Below, one piece after another: positions 50,658-61,423 of a stretch of 64,000 nt of DNA. The notes beneath the pieces are model-generated. The model made no database searches. It saw only the letters and a list, made by a program, of their open reading frames with translations, and was not told the origin of the DNA. Each line of letters begins with the position of its first letter. Within the stretch, counting starts at the first letter, position 1. Made by a program: the position numbers and the translations under genes. Origin of the DNA: an uncultured Bacteroidales bacterium (lineage in GTDB: Bacteria; Bacteroidota; Bacteroidia; Bacteroidales; GCA-2748055); contig CAWBWE010000020.1 of assembly GCA_963792395.1 (NCBI GenBank), positions 169,255 through 233,254 of the forward strand. Direction: 5' to 3'.

Positions 50658-53600
50658 ATGTTGAAAAAGTTTTCTTTTCTCGTTTCCATGCCCTTTATGG
50701 CCATCTTGCTGATTATCCTGATCGTAGTGCTTGCACTGGCCACTTTTGTAGAGAGTGCATATTCTACTCAAACAGCCTGGGCCGTCATTTATGGAACACA
50801 CTGGTTCGAGCTGCTGATGCTGCTTATTGGACTCAACCTGGTAGGGGTATTGGTCAAGCAAAAATTATTCAGGCGCAAGAAGATTGTGGTGGTATTGTTT
50901 CATCTGGCATTTATCCTGATCCTGATAGGAGCTTCCGTAACCCGTTTCATCAGTTATGAGGGAAATATGCATATCCGGGAAAACGCTGCATCCGATGTCA
51001 TGCTGAGTAATAATGCCTACATAGATGTGGTACTGGAAGCCAATGGAGAGACTGCGCAACATGCCAAAGAAGTGATGTTAACCGATCTGACACCCAAAAA
51101 TTACCGCATGAGTACCCGCGTAGGGGGAGAAAAGGTAAAGATCAGGTCCATGGAATACCTGAGCAGCGCTATTGAGCAATATATCTCTTCTCCGGGAGGA
51201 GAACCCTACATGCAGTTGATGCTGGTTAGCGATCGTCAGACTACCGTTGGACTCCCCTCGGGGAGCCTGCAGGAGGTAAACGGAATGACCCTGGGATTAA
51301 ACAGGGAGGATAGTGCTGCGATGGTCAATTTCTATGCCCGGGGCGATGTGATATGGATGACCGCTCCCTTTCAGGTCACGGTGTTGCAAATGGGAGGTGC
51401 CGAAGGAGAAGAGTATGCTGCAGGAGGAGAGGTTCCTATCCGGGAGAATACCCTTTATGCCGTGAATAACATGCGAATGGCGCTCCAGAGTTACATGCCT
51501 TCCGCCAGGAAACAGATCGTACGGGCCCCGGCCAGTCAGCGGGGTTCCCATCTTGCTGCGGTGAAACTGGAGATCAGTTACCGGGGAATGAACGGTGAAG
51601 TTTTTGTTCCCGGTCTGGCCAGGCTGGCCGGTAGTCCCGTCCAGGGAAATATGGGCGATCTGAATTACACCATCACCTATGGTTCCAGAGAGATTCAGGT
51701 ACCATTTTCCCTGTTCCTCAAGGACTTTGAGGTAGAGCGCTACCCGGGTTCCAACAGCCCCTCCTCCTTTGCCAGTGATGTGGTTCTGCTCGACGAGGAG
51801 ATGGGTATCCAGGAAGAACGAAGGATATTTATGAATAACGTATTAAAGCACCGGGGATACAGATTTTATCAGGCTTCCTATGATAATGATGAGCAGGGGA
51901 CCATACTTTCGGTGAACCGGGACCGGGCAGGGACCTTTATAACCTATCTGGGTTACCTGGTATTGATCGCCGGCATGATGGTAGCCCTCTTTGTGCCCGG
52001 TACACGGTTTGCCATGATAGCCAGGAAGTCAGCTCCAGTGGCCAAGACCGCAGCGATGATCCTGCTGCTGATGGGGGGTAGTCTCTCCCTGTTTTCCCAG
52101 GAGGTTCCGCCCAAGGATGTGGCTCAGGAATTTGGCCAGCTGTGGGTACAGGACAGGGGAGGCAGGTTTGAACCCATGAACACCCTGTCCCACGAGGTAG
52201 TCAGGAAGATTACCAAAAAATCCCACTACGAAAATTACAGTTCCGACCAGGTGCTGCTTGGAATGATCCTCTATCCGCAAGTATGGCAGAATAAAGAATT
52301 ATTCGAAGTAAAACACCCGGAATTGCACCGCCTGACAGGCTACAGAGGGGATATGGTCAGCTTTAACGATATGATGGATTCCACAGGCAGCTACCTGCTT
52401 TCAAACCTGGTGAATGAGGCCTATGCCAAGCAGGTTCCCAGTCAGACGGAGCTGGACAGGGAGGTGATTAAACTGGACGATCGTCTCAATGCCTTCTACC
52501 TGGTGCAGTCGGGAGGTCTTATCCGAATATTCCCGGATGAAGGAGCAGAGAATCACAAATGGGCCTCGGTAAGCGAGGCCATGGCCGGACAGATGACCAA
52601 TCAGGCAGATACCATGGCCAATGTATTTATCAGTTACCTGAGCGCTTTGCAGCAGGGTGATTCCAGAGCCGTTAGTCAATACATAAACCAGCTGAGTGCG
52701 CATCAGCTGAGCGACAACATTCTTCCTCCGGACTCCAAAAAGAGGATGGAGATCGTATACAACCGGATCAATCTTTTTCCCTCTCTGGCCAAGTTTTACG
52801 GACTTTTTGGAGTGATCATGATGGTGCTGGCTTTCCTGTTGGTTTTCAGACCACGTAAGCTCTATACCTATCTCTTTAACATAGGAGTGATCCACCTGGC
52901 CGTGGCGCTTGTGGCCCATACCATAGCCCTTGGAATCAGGTGGTATGTAAGTGGTCATGCTCCCATGAGCAACGGCTACGAATCCATGATTTTTGTGTCC
53001 TGGGTGACCCTGCTTGCCGGATTGATTTTTGTAAAGCGATCGGGATATGCCCTGGCGCTCACCGCCATACTGGCGGCGCTCTCCTTGTTGGTGGCCGGTA
53101 TGAGCAATATGAATCCGGAGATTACCAATCTTGTTCCTGTCCTGAAATCTCCCTGGCTAACCATTCACGTAGCAGTGATTATGGCGGGCTATGGTTTCCT
53201 GGGACTGGCCTCTATCATGGGATTGCTGAATGTGGTAGTCTTTGCAGTTCTCACTCCTTCCAATAAGACCAGGCTGGAGGAGGTGATTGAACAGGTGACC
53301 AATGTGAATCATCTAACCCTGATTGTAGGGCTCTATTTCATGACGGCAGGGGTGTTCCTGGGCGGTGTATGGGCCAACGAATCCTGGGGGCGTTACTGGG
53401 GATGGGATCCCAAGGAGACCTGGGCACTGATTACTGTTCTGGTTTATGCTTTTGTTACCCATATGCACAGGATTCCCGGATTGAGGGGAAGGTTTGCCTA
53501 TAACCTGGCATCTTTTATCAGCTATAGTTCCGTTTTGATGACCTATTTCGGGGTAAACTATTTTCTGGGGGGGATGCACTCCTATGCCAGTGGCTCCTCC

Positions 53601-53714
53601 TTTAAAATTCCTCTTTGGACCTACCTGCTGCTGTTGTTGCTGGTGATACTTTCAGTGTTCGCCTTCAGGAAACAGCAAAAACACTTGCCGGAAAAAAGTT
53701 CGCAGGAGGAGTAG
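50658..53714 (+). CDS. ccsBA: system II cytochrome c synthase, fused CcsB(ResB)-CcsA
   Basis: A ResB-like N-terminal half with a large periplasmic domain. The CcsA half has the WWD motif WANESWGRYWGWDPKETWA and conserved His residues. Intact ORF of about 1018 aa from the ATG at 50658. Confidence 0.85.
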   Translation: MLKKFSFLVSMPFMAILLIILIVVLALATFVESAYSTQTAWAVIYGTHWFELLMLLIGLNLVGVLVKQKLFRRKKIVVVLFHLAFILILIGASVTRFISYEGNMHIRENAASDVMLSNNAYIDVVLEANGETAQHAKEVMLTDLTPKNYRMSTRVGGEKVKIRSMEYLSSAIEQYISSPGGEPYMQLMLVSDRQTTVGLPSGSLQEVNGMTLGLNREDSAAMVNFYARGDVIWMTAPFQVTVLQMGGAEGEEYAAGGEVPIRENTLYAVNNMRMALQSYMPSARKQIVRAPASQRGSHLAAVKLEISYRGMNGEVFVPGLARLAGSPVQGNMGDLNYTITYGSREIQVPFSLFLKDFEVERYPGSNSPSSFASDVVLLDEEMGIQEERRIFMNNVLKHRGYRFYQASYDNDEQGTILSVNRDRAGTFITYLGYLVLIAGMMVALFVPGTRFAMIARKSAPVAKTAAMILLLMGGSLSLFSQEVPPKDVAQEFGQLWVQDRGGRFEPMNTLSHEVVRKITKKSHYENYSSDQVLLGMILYPQVWQNKELFEVKHPELHRLTGYRGDMVSFNDMMDSTGSYLLSNLVNEAYAKQVPSQTELDREVIKLDDRLNAFYLVQSGGLIRIFPDEGAENHKWASVSEAMAGQMTNQADTMANVFISYLSALQQGDSRAVSQYINQLSAHQLSDNILPPDSKKRMEIVYNRINLFPSLAKFYGLFGVIMMVLAFLLVFRPRKLYTYLFNIGVIHLAVALVAHTIALGIRWYVSGHAPMSNGYESMIFVSWVTLLAGLIFVKRSGYALALTAILAALSLLVAGMSNMNPEITNLVPVLKSPWLTIHVAVIMAGYGFLGLASIMGLLNVVVFAVLTPSNKTRLEEVIEQVTNVNHLTLIVGLYFMTAGVFLGGVWANESWGRYWGWDPKETWALITVLVYAFVTHMHRIPGLRGRFAYNLASFISYSSVLMTYFGVNYFLGGMHSYASGSSFKIPLWTYLLLLLLVILSVFAFRKQQKHLPEKSSQEE

Positions 53715-53718
53715 GGGC

Positions 53719-54369
53719 TCAGTAGGGTACCTCGTTCAGGCTGCTGCGGTCTCTGGATCCAAAATCAATCACGCAGTTGATCCGGTACTTGCGATGCGGA
53801 CGGATGGCCACCCCTACGGAATTGAACTCCTTGGATAGTGTGTTCTTCCGGTGCCCCAGGCTTTTAATTCCTTCATCGATCAGCAGAGAAATAACTATAT
53901 CGACGGCCTGTTCATAGCCGTAGGAGCAGTTTTCAGCTACCTGTGTGTAGGGTTTGCCCAGCAAGGGCTTAAAGCGTTTTTCGAATTCACCGTGACCGGT
54001 AGTTCCTTTTTCCCCTGATTTCCGGGCATGGTCCTGGGCCACGGCCGTCAGGTCTTTTTCAGGGAGCAGCGGATCGAGCCCGGAGATATTCTTCAGATCC
54101 CGCTGGAGTGACCGGATATAGCTGCTGTTTTCCAGTTTTTTCTCCTGAATATAGCTAAGGAGGAAAGTCTCGGCAAAAAGGGGGCCGTTTTGCCTGGCCA
54201 GATTCATAAAGAGGATCACTTTTTTTTCTTCTTCGTTGAGGTATTCACTTTCTGACCCGGTATTCAGAGAACGCACCAGATCAGCGTCCCAGGCCAGCCA
54301 CGGACTAGTTTGTGCAGCCAGGGTCAGCGGGAGAAGCATCAAGCATATAAAAATCGCCCTAGGTATCAT
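53719..54369 (-). CDS. secreted CAP/SCP-domain protein
   Basis: It has a signal peptide and CAP-type motifs (GHGEFEKR..., GHRKNTLSKEFNSVGVA). Confidence 0.65.
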   Translation of the reverse strand: MIPRAIFICLMLLPLTLAAQTSPWLAWDADLVRSLNTGSESEYLNEEEKKVILFMNLARQNGPLFAETFLLSYIQEKKLENSSYIRSLQRDLKNISGLDPLLPEKDLTAVAQDHARKSGEKGTTGHGEFEKRFKPLLGKPYTQVAENCSYGYEQAVDIVISLLIDEGIKSLGHRKNTLSKEFNSVGVAIRPHRKYRINCVIDFGSRDRSSLNEVPY

Positions 54370-54778
54370 GTTGAATCATGTATACGTTATAGTCTGTAAA
54401 TACCTCAAATCCCAGGCTTGTGTAAAGTTGAACGGCCGGGACGTTAGCTCGGTGGACCTCCAGTTTCATGGGGGCCTTCTTTTCCCTGGCAAAAGCAAGG
54501 GACTCCAGTGCCAGAATACGGCCATATCCCTGTCCCTGCATGGAAGGCAGGATCGCAAAATGGTGCAGCAGAACACGCCTTCCGTCCCAGGTAAGCCAGG
54601 AGGTGCCTATAATCCGGTTGCTTGATTCCTCCTCCATGATCAGGAATCGCCCTCCCCGGGTATTACACTGAAGGATGCTTTCAGGGCTGTCCCTGCGCTC
54701 AGGGGTATAGATTCCGGTTTTTTTCCAGAGGCTCTCCACCTGTGGAAAATCATCCGGTTTGTATTTGCGGATGAGCAT
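54359..54778 (-). CDS. GNAT-family N-acetyltransferase
   Basis: 139 aa. The acetyl-CoA-binding motif is LPSMQGQGYGRILALESLAFA (Q/RxxGxG/A). Confidence 0.8.
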   Translation of the reverse strand: MLIRKYKPDDFPQVESLWKKTGIYTPERRDSPESILQCNTRGGRFLIMEEESSNRIIGTSWLTWDGRRVLLHHFAILPSMQGQGYGRILALESLAFAREKKAPMKLEVHRANVPAVQLYTSLGFEVFTDYNVYMIQHDT

Positions 54779-54783
54779 GGCAA

Positions 54784-56238
54784 CTAAACCTTTACCACAT
54801 ATACCTGACCGGTTTCATAACGCGTTACCTTCACCGGCTCTCCTCTGTTTATGAAGCCATATTCTGATTTGGCATCAAAGAGTTTATCATGGATCATTAC
54901 CCGGCCAGAGGGCCTTAGAACGGTATGTGCCACCCCAGTTTCCCCGATCAGACTTTTCTGTTCGGTCTCCACCCCGATAAATCCCTCCTCGGTACGCTGT
55001 TCACTTTTAAGAGAAAGATTGCTGAAGGCGGTAGTGGTAAGCAGTTTTCTGGTGGTCCAGAGGGATAATATGACCCCCATTAGCATAGCCACCAGGACCA
55101 GGCTTAAGGATTTCAACAAGATGCCCAGCCCTTCTCCTGTAAATTCGGGTTCCTCGAATACCACATTATCCACCATGCTCAGGGTGAGCCCGGTTATGAC
55201 CGCAATAATGCCGGCTACACCGGCAACTCCAAATCCGGGTATGGCAAAGATCTCCACCATGATCAGAATGATCCCGACAATAAAAAGGATCAGTTCCCAG
55301 TTCTGGGCCAGACCTTCCAGGTAGAGCGGTGCAAAATAAAGCAGGGCAGCCACAATGGAGGCCCCGAGGGCAAATCCGATCCCGGGCGATTGCAATTCGA
55401 AATAGATCCCTCCAATGATTATCATAATCAGCACCCCGCTTACCAAGGGATTGATCAGCAGACCTATGACCTTGTCCATTCCGGAGGGCGTGTATGTTTT
55501 TAGCTCATACTCCTTGATGCCGAGATTAGAGATCACCTCTTCCATGGAAGCGGCGATTCCTTCACAGTATCCATGTTCCATGGCCTCTGAGGCGGTGAAG
55601 GTCAGCACCTGCCCGGTGTCGCTGACTCCATCCACAAAGAGCCTGGGGTCGACCATCGCTTCAGCAATGGCAGGATTACGATGCCAGGTATACAGGGTAT
55701 CTGTACCTGTGATCAGGGTGTCCTTCCCGTGGGCTTCAGCCGTGGCCCTCATGGTAGCCCTCATATAGGACTGGTATTTGTCCGGGACCTGTTCCCCGGT
55801 TTGATTGACCACGGTAGCAGCACCAATCTTTCCTCCAGGTTTCATATAGATGCTGTCACAGGCAATGGCGATCAGGGCGCCGGCAGACGCAGCATTGTCA
55901 TCTATGAAAACATGAACAGGCATGGGTGCATTTAAAATTTTTGTACGGATGGAGTCTGCAGCGCTCACTTCACCCCCGTAGGTGTTCAGGTGCAGAATGA
56001 CCACATCGGCATCCAGAGTAAGGGCCTCCTCAAAGGCTTCCTGCGTAATTCGCCAGGTGGGAGCAGCAATGTTGTCCTGGATGGCGAAGGTGTAGACCAG
56101 GGTTTTCTTTTCGCTAACTGAATCGGATTCACTGACCAGGGTGTCCGCTGCCAGCACCTGGCTGGAGACGACCTGCACCTGACTGGAAAAGGCCAGAACC
56201 AGGAGTGCGGTGAAAACCGTATATTTGGCTTGCTTCAT
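54784..56238 (-). CDS. NfeD-family membrane-bound ClpP-class serine protease
   Basis: It has a signal peptide. The ClpP-like domain reads VVILHLNTYGGEVSAADSI...DNAASAGALIAIACD. Several TM helices follow. The C-terminal OB-fold NfeD domain reads GVAHTVLRPSGRVMI. The start is taken at the Met at 56238; the ORF track extends to 56259. Confidence 0.8.
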   Translation of the reverse strand: MKQAKYTVFTALLVLAFSSQVQVVSSQVLAADTLVSESDSVSEKKTLVYTFAIQDNIAAPTWRITQEAFEEALTLDADVVILHLNTYGGEVSAADSIRTKILNAPMPVHVFIDDNAASAGALIAIACDSIYMKPGGKIGAATVVNQTGEQVPDKYQSYMRATMRATAEAHGKDTLITGTDTLYTWHRNPAIAEAMVDPRLFVDGVSDTGQVLTFTASEAMEHGYCEGIAASMEEVISNLGIKEYELKTYTPSGMDKVIGLLINPLVSGVLIMIIIGGIYFELQSPGIGFALGASIVAALLYFAPLYLEGLAQNWELILFIVGIILIMVEIFAIPGFGVAGVAGIIAVITGLTLSMVDNVVFEEPEFTGEGLGILLKSLSLVLVAMLMGVILSLWTTRKLLTTTAFSNLSLKSEQRTEEGFIGVETEQKSLIGETGVAHTVLRPSGRVMIHDKLFDAKSEYGFINRGEPVKVTRYETGQVYVVKV

Positions 56239-56306
56239 AATGAACAGTATATAGTTCAAAAGTAAGAATATTTTCTGCTAAATTTGCGGGAACAAAACTG
56301 ATTCGA

Positions 56307-57650
56307 ATGGAATTGAATAAACTAACGGCCATATCACCCGTAGATGGACGTTACAGGTCGAAGACAGAATCTCTATCCTCCTATTTTTCAGAGTTAGGAT
56401 TGATCAGATACCGGGTGATGGTTGAAGTGGAATATTTTATTGCTCTCTGCGAGGCAGGGATTCCACGCTTATCTGATGTAAGTTCAGACCAGCAGGAGGA
56501 GCTGAGAAAAATATATACCGGATTTACCATGGAGGATGCGGAAAAGGTAAAGGAGATTGAGAAGGTTACCAATCATGATGTAAAGGCGGTGGAGTATTTT
56601 GTGAAAGAGAAATTTGAACAACAGGGACTTAACAACTTCAAGGAGTTTATTCATTTTGGGCTTACCTCGCAGGATATCAATAACACAGCCATCCCCCTCT
56701 CTCTGAAAGATGCCATGCAGAGCAGCTACTATCCCATGCTGGATCAGCTGACTCTGGATCTGGAGAAGCTGGCCACCGAATGGGACCAGATTCCCATGCT
56801 GGCGCGCACCCATGGGCAGCCTGCTTCACCAACCAGACTGGGGAAGGAGATCCGCGTTTTTATCGAAAGGCTCGATGTGCAACTGGAGCAGCTGGAAGAG
56901 ATTCCGGTACCTGCCAAGTTTGGCGGAGCCACCGGGAATATGAATGCCCATATGGTCACCTACCCGGAGATCGATTGGTTTCGTTTTGGCGAACATTTCG
57001 TAGGGGAGGTCCTGGGCCTGAAACGCTCCTGGCCGACCACCCAGATTGACCATTACGATAACCTGGCTGCCATGTTCCATGCCTTTGAACGGATCAATAC
57101 CATCCTGCTGGATCTGTCCAGGGATGTCTGGACCTATATTTCCATGGACTATTTCAAGCAGAAAATTAAAAAAGGGGAGATAGGTTCTTCGGCCATGCCT
57201 CATAAGGTGAATCCCATCGATTTTGAAAATGCGGAAGGGAACCTGGGTTTGGCCAATGCCATTTTCGCCTATCTGGCGGCCAAGCTTCCGGTCTCCAGAT
57301 TACAGCGGGACCTGACTGATTCTACCGTGCTTCGAAACCTGGGGGTGCCACTGGGACATACTCTGATTGCCATGCAATCGATGATACAGGGCCTGGGGAA
57401 GCTGATCGTGAATGAAAAGGCCATTCGGGCGGATCTGGAAAAGAACTGGGCTGTGGTGGCTGAGGCCATTCAATCGGTCTTGAGGCGGGAGGAGTATCCC
57501 AAACCCTATGAAGCACTGCTGGAACTGACTCGTACCAATGAGGCTGTGACGGGTGAAACCATCCATAAGTTTATTGAAAGCCTGAAAATCAGCCAGGAGG
57601 TGAAAGAGGAGCTTCACAAAATTGCTCCCTGGAATTATACCGGATTGTAG
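56307..57650 (+). CDS. purB: adenylosuccinate lyase
   Basis: Intact 447-aa ORF. It starts LTAISPVDGRYRSKT. The fumarate-lyase signature is GSSAMPHKVNPIDFEN. Confidence 0.92.
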   Translation: MELNKLTAISPVDGRYRSKTESLSSYFSELGLIRYRVMVEVEYFIALCEAGIPRLSDVSSDQQEELRKIYTGFTMEDAEKVKEIEKVTNHDVKAVEYFVKEKFEQQGLNNFKEFIHFGLTSQDINNTAIPLSLKDAMQSSYYPMLDQLTLDLEKLATEWDQIPMLARTHGQPASPTRLGKEIRVFIERLDVQLEQLEEIPVPAKFGGATGNMNAHMVTYPEIDWFRFGEHFVGEVLGLKRSWPTTQIDHYDNLAAMFHAFERINTILLDLSRDVWTYISMDYFKQKIKKGEIGSSAMPHKVNPIDFENAEGNLGLANAIFAYLAAKLPVSRLQRDLTDSTVLRNLGVPLGHTLIAMQSMIQGLGKLIVNEKAIRADLEKNWAVVAEAIQSVLRREEYPKPYEALLELTRTNEAVTGETIHKFIESLKISQEVKEELHKIAPWNYTGL

Positions 57651-57653
57651 CGT

Positions 57654-59480
57654 ATGAAAAGATTTTTCCGTCTGCTCAATTACCTGGTCCCATATAAATG
57701 GTATGTGGTACAGAATGTCCTCTATAACATCCTGGGGGCTTTTTTTGCCCTCTTTTCATTCGCCATGGTAATTCCATTTCTGAAGGTACTTTTCAGTAAT
57801 CAGGAGCTGGTGACCGAACCCATGGAGTTCAAGTTGAGCACGGAGTATCTTATTACATACCCTGAATTTTTACATTGCTAAAATCATGGGAACGCATGAG
57901 GAGGCCGGAGTATTGATTCTTGTAAGCCTGCTGGTTATTATGTTCAGCCTGCTTAAGAATGGTTTTATTTTTGCAGCCAATTTTGTCCTGGCACCCATCC
58001 GCGCCTTCCTGGTCAGGGATATCCGAAATGACATCTACAGAAAGGTGCTTAAACTTCCGCTTTCCTATTATACAGAAGCAAGGAAGGGGGATGTGATCGC
58101 ACGGATCTCCAATGATGTCCAGGAGATAGAAGCTTCCATTCTCAGCTCTCTCCAGATGCTGTTCAGGGATCCCATTACGATCATCATTTTTTTGGTGATT
58201 TTGTTCTCCATCAGTGTGAATTTGACGCTGACTGCAATTCTGGTTCTTCCGCTGGCAGGATTCCTGATCGGACGTATCGGTAAAAGTCTCCGGAGAACCA
58301 CCTTCCGTGGACAACAGCGCCTGGGTGAATTGCTGGCCTTGCTGGAGGAGACACTGGGTGGTTTAAGGATTATCAAAGCCTTTAACGCCGAGGAGCAGAT
58401 GAAAGGGCGATTTTTCAGTACCAATAATCGTTTTGCCCTGCTTGTCCGGAAAGTGGTGCGACGCAGGTATCTGGCCAGTCCCATCAGCGAAGTACTGGCC
58501 ACCATTGCCCTGATGGTAATTCTGGCATACGGGGGATCTCTGGTGCTGGGAGGATCCGATGAAATGAGCGGGGAGAGCCTGATTCTTTTCCTGATGATAT
58601 TCAGCCAGATCATTCCTCCGGCCAAAACCATTTCACACGGCCTGGATCAATATTCAGAAAGGGATGGCCTCTGTGGACCGGGTGGACCAGCTGTTGCTGG
58701 CAGATGATAAAATCGTGGAAAAGTCTGATGCGATCGAGGCAGATGGTTTCAGGGAGTCCATAGAGTTCAGGGATGTTTCCTTCAAATATGAGAAGGAGTA
58801 TGTTTTGAAGAATATTTCTTTTACCATCAAAAAGGGTCAGACCATGGCCCTGGTGGGAAAATCGGGATCCGGGAAATCGACTCTGGTGGATCTGCTTCCC
58901 AGGTTTATGGACACCAGCGAAGGGGAGATACTTATCGATGGGATACCTGTACGGGACTTACAGTCTGAAATCCCTGAGATCTTTAATGGGCATGGTGAGT
59001 CAGCAATCCATCCTGTTCAACGATACCTTCCGGAATAACATTGCCTTTGGAAAAAGCGAAGGGGCCGATCTGGAGGATATTGTAAATGCAGCTAAAGTTG
59101 CCAATGCTCATGAGTTTATCATGGAGACTGAAGATAGATATGAGGCTGGAGTGGGGGAAGGGGGAGGAAAACTGAGTGGTGGACAGAAGCAGCGGATCAG
59201 TATTGCCCGTGCAGTAATGGCCAATCCACCCATACTGATCCTGGATGAAGCCACCTCTGCTCTGGATACTGAGTCGGAGCGACTGGTGCAGGATGCCATT
59301 ATCAAACTGATGCAGAACCGAACCTCCATTGTGATTGCTCACAGGCTCTCCACGATCAAACATGCGGATCTGATCCTGGTGATTGATGAAGGCGAGATTG
59401 TGGAACGGGGGACCCATGAGGAACTAATAGGCAAGAAGAATGGCTTATATCGAAAATTTCATTCCATGCAAATGTTTTAG
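57654..59480 (+). pseudogene. ABC transporter permease/ATPase (MsbA-like exporter), frame-disrupted
   Basis: The TMD fragments lie at 57654-57881 and 57886-58707. The NBD has Walker A GKSGSGKST, signature LSGGQKQRISIARA and Walker B ILILDEATSALD. Three frame breaks. Confidence 0.85.
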
Positions 59481-59485
59481 CACCT

Positions 59486-60445
59486 ATGAAGATCAGTGGA
59501 TTTACAATGGGTAAAAATGCCCTTAAGCTATATTATCCCATGCGGCAATCGCTTGAGTCGATTCTGCCCCTGGTGGATGAATTTGTGGTGGTCCTGGGGG
59601 ATTCAGACGAGGATGATCGTACCCGGGCAGAGATAGAGGCCATCGGCAGTGAAAAGATTCGCATTGTGGATACGGTCTGGGATATTGAAAAATATCCCCG
59701 CGGTATGGAACATGCTCATCAGACCGACCTGGCCATGAAAATGTGTACAGGCGACTGGTTGTTTTACCTCCAATCGGATGAGGTGGTGCATGAAAAGGAT
59801 CTGGAGCCCATCCGGAAGCGCTGTGAAGAACTGCTGGATGATCATGAAGTGGAGGGCCTCCTGTTCCGTTACCGCCATTTCTGGGGGGACTATGAGCATG
59901 TACAGGACGGTCATTGCTGGTATCGCAGGGAGATCCGTATTGTCAGAAACCACCCCGACATCCATTCCTGGGAGTCGGCACAGTCCTTTCGAAAGATCCC
60001 GGGATTTGACGGAGTAAATTACAGGCAACAGGCCGGAACCTATAAACTGAAAGTGGCAACGGTGGACGCTGAAATTTTCCATTACGGCTGGGTCCGCCCG
60101 CCCAGGCTCATGCAGAATAAAATCAGGAGTTTTAGTATCAACCACCGGGGCACAGAGGGTGTGGCAGAGATGGAGGCTGCTCATCATTTCGATCGTGTTT
60201 TCGATTATGGAAACCTTTCCAGATATACCCGGTATGAAGGAACCCATCCCGCGGTTATGGAATCCTGGAAGGAAGATTTTGACTGGAAGGACCAGCTGCG
60301 TTTTACCGGTCCGACCCGGAGCCTGAATCCATACAGGGCCAAGCATGATAGATTCAAGTACCGCCTGCTTACCTGGATCGAAAAGAATCTGCTGGGTGGA
60401 GGTCGCCTGGGAGAATTTGCAAATTACATCCTGCTGAGAAGGTAA
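59486..60445 (+). CDS. putative glycosyltransferase (GT2-like)
   Basis: Intact 319-aa ORF. The N-terminus MKISGFTMGKNALKLYYPMRQSLESILPLVDEFVVVLGDSDED resembles a widespread Bacteroidota GT-like family. This assignment is from memory only. Confidence 0.45.
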   Translation: MKISGFTMGKNALKLYYPMRQSLESILPLVDEFVVVLGDSDEDDRTRAEIEAIGSEKIRIVDTVWDIEKYPRGMEHAHQTDLAMKMCTGDWLFYLQSDEVVHEKDLEPIRKRCEELLDDHEVEGLLFRYRHFWGDYEHVQDGHCWYRREIRIVRNHPDIHSWESAQSFRKIPGFDGVNYRQQAGTYKLKVATVDAEIFHYGWVRPPRLMQNKIRSFSINHRGTEGVAEMEAAHHFDRVFDYGNLSRYTRYEGTHPAVMESWKEDFDWKDQLRFTGPTRSLNPYRAKHDRFKYRLLTWIEKNLLGGGRLGEFANYILLRR

Positions 60446-60895
60446 CTATTTAGTGATCAGATTCCCCTCTTTATCATAGGTCTTCTTTCCGGGAAGCTCC
60501 TTGCCTGTATCAAAGCTTACCTCCTCGTACAATTCCCCGGTTTCATAATAGCGTTTAGTCTCTCCGTTCTTCCGGTTCTGGTAGTAGTTGGTGTATTCAT
60601 AGATCTTTCCGCTTTTGAAGAACCAGATGGCAGGCCCGTGTTTACGGCCATGCTCATAGGTGATCTTGGAATGAACCGTTAAACCGTCCTCATAGAAATT
60701 AACCTTCACTCCATGTACATAACCCTGTTCATCCACCGGGTTCATGCTGGACAGAGTGCCATCCTCCCGCCTTTTTTTAACCATATGAGGCGCCTCTTCT
60801 TCAGCAGCTTGTTCCGTTTGCTCCTTCCCCTGCTTACAGGAGGTGATCAGGATGGAGAGACTTATGATCAAAAACAGACGGAAGTAAGGTTTCAT
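60446..60895 (-). CDS. MORN-repeat (YwqK-like) lipoprotein
   Basis: The lipobox is LSILITSC. Repeated G...G....Y(Y/F)..G motifs are present (GVKVNFYEDG, GPAIWFFKSG, GETKRYYETG). The start is taken at the Met at 60895. Confidence 0.55.
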   Translation of the reverse strand: MKPYFRLFLIISLSILITSCKQGKEQTEQAAEEEAPHMVKKRREDGTLSSMNPVDEQGYVHGVKVNFYEDGLTVHSKITYEHGRKHGPAIWFFKSGKIYEYTNYYQNRKNGETKRYYETGELYEEVSFDTGKELPGKKTYDKEGNLITK

Positions 60896-61063
60896 TTGAG
60901 AACAGGGTTTAAGAGGGCAAATATACCCGATTTTCAATGATATTTGTCCATTGGTCTTCGCTTTTTGTCTTTCGGTCAATATAAAGACGCAAACTTGCCT
61001 GTTTAGTGTTTTGAATTAATATTTTTATACTGGAATTCAACAAGACTCTAATAACTACCTGGA

Positions 61064-61423
61064 ATGGAAATGAAGATTCATGAGCAGGATGGTGTAATTA
61101 TTCGCAGCATTACAGGTGAAGTCAATTTAGCGGAGATGATGGAATCCTGGAACATGCTGTTTGCCAAATATCCCAGTCTGAAGGAATACAAAGGGATCCT
61201 CGCCAACTTTCTTGATGCGAAAATAAAGCTGGAAGACAATAATCTGAATAGCCTGGTAGAATATCTAAAGAATCATCTGGAGCAATTGAAGGATCTGAAA
61301 ATTGCGGTCGTCATGGATACTCCCATGGTGACTAATACCATTATTATCGGTCAGAGGGTAAGGTCCTTGCAGATCAAACCCTTCACCACAGTGGATGCGG
61401 CCATTCGGTGGATCAATTATTAG
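61064..61423 (+). CDS. hypothetical protein
   Basis: Intact 119-aa ORF with plausible coding composition and no motif I recognise. Confidence 0.4.
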   Translation: MEMKIHEQDGVIIRSITGEVNLAEMMESWNMLFAKYPSLKEYKGILANFLDAKIKLEDNNLNSLVEYLKNHLEQLKDLKIAVVMDTPMVTNTIIIGQRVRSLQIKPFTTVDAAIRWINY

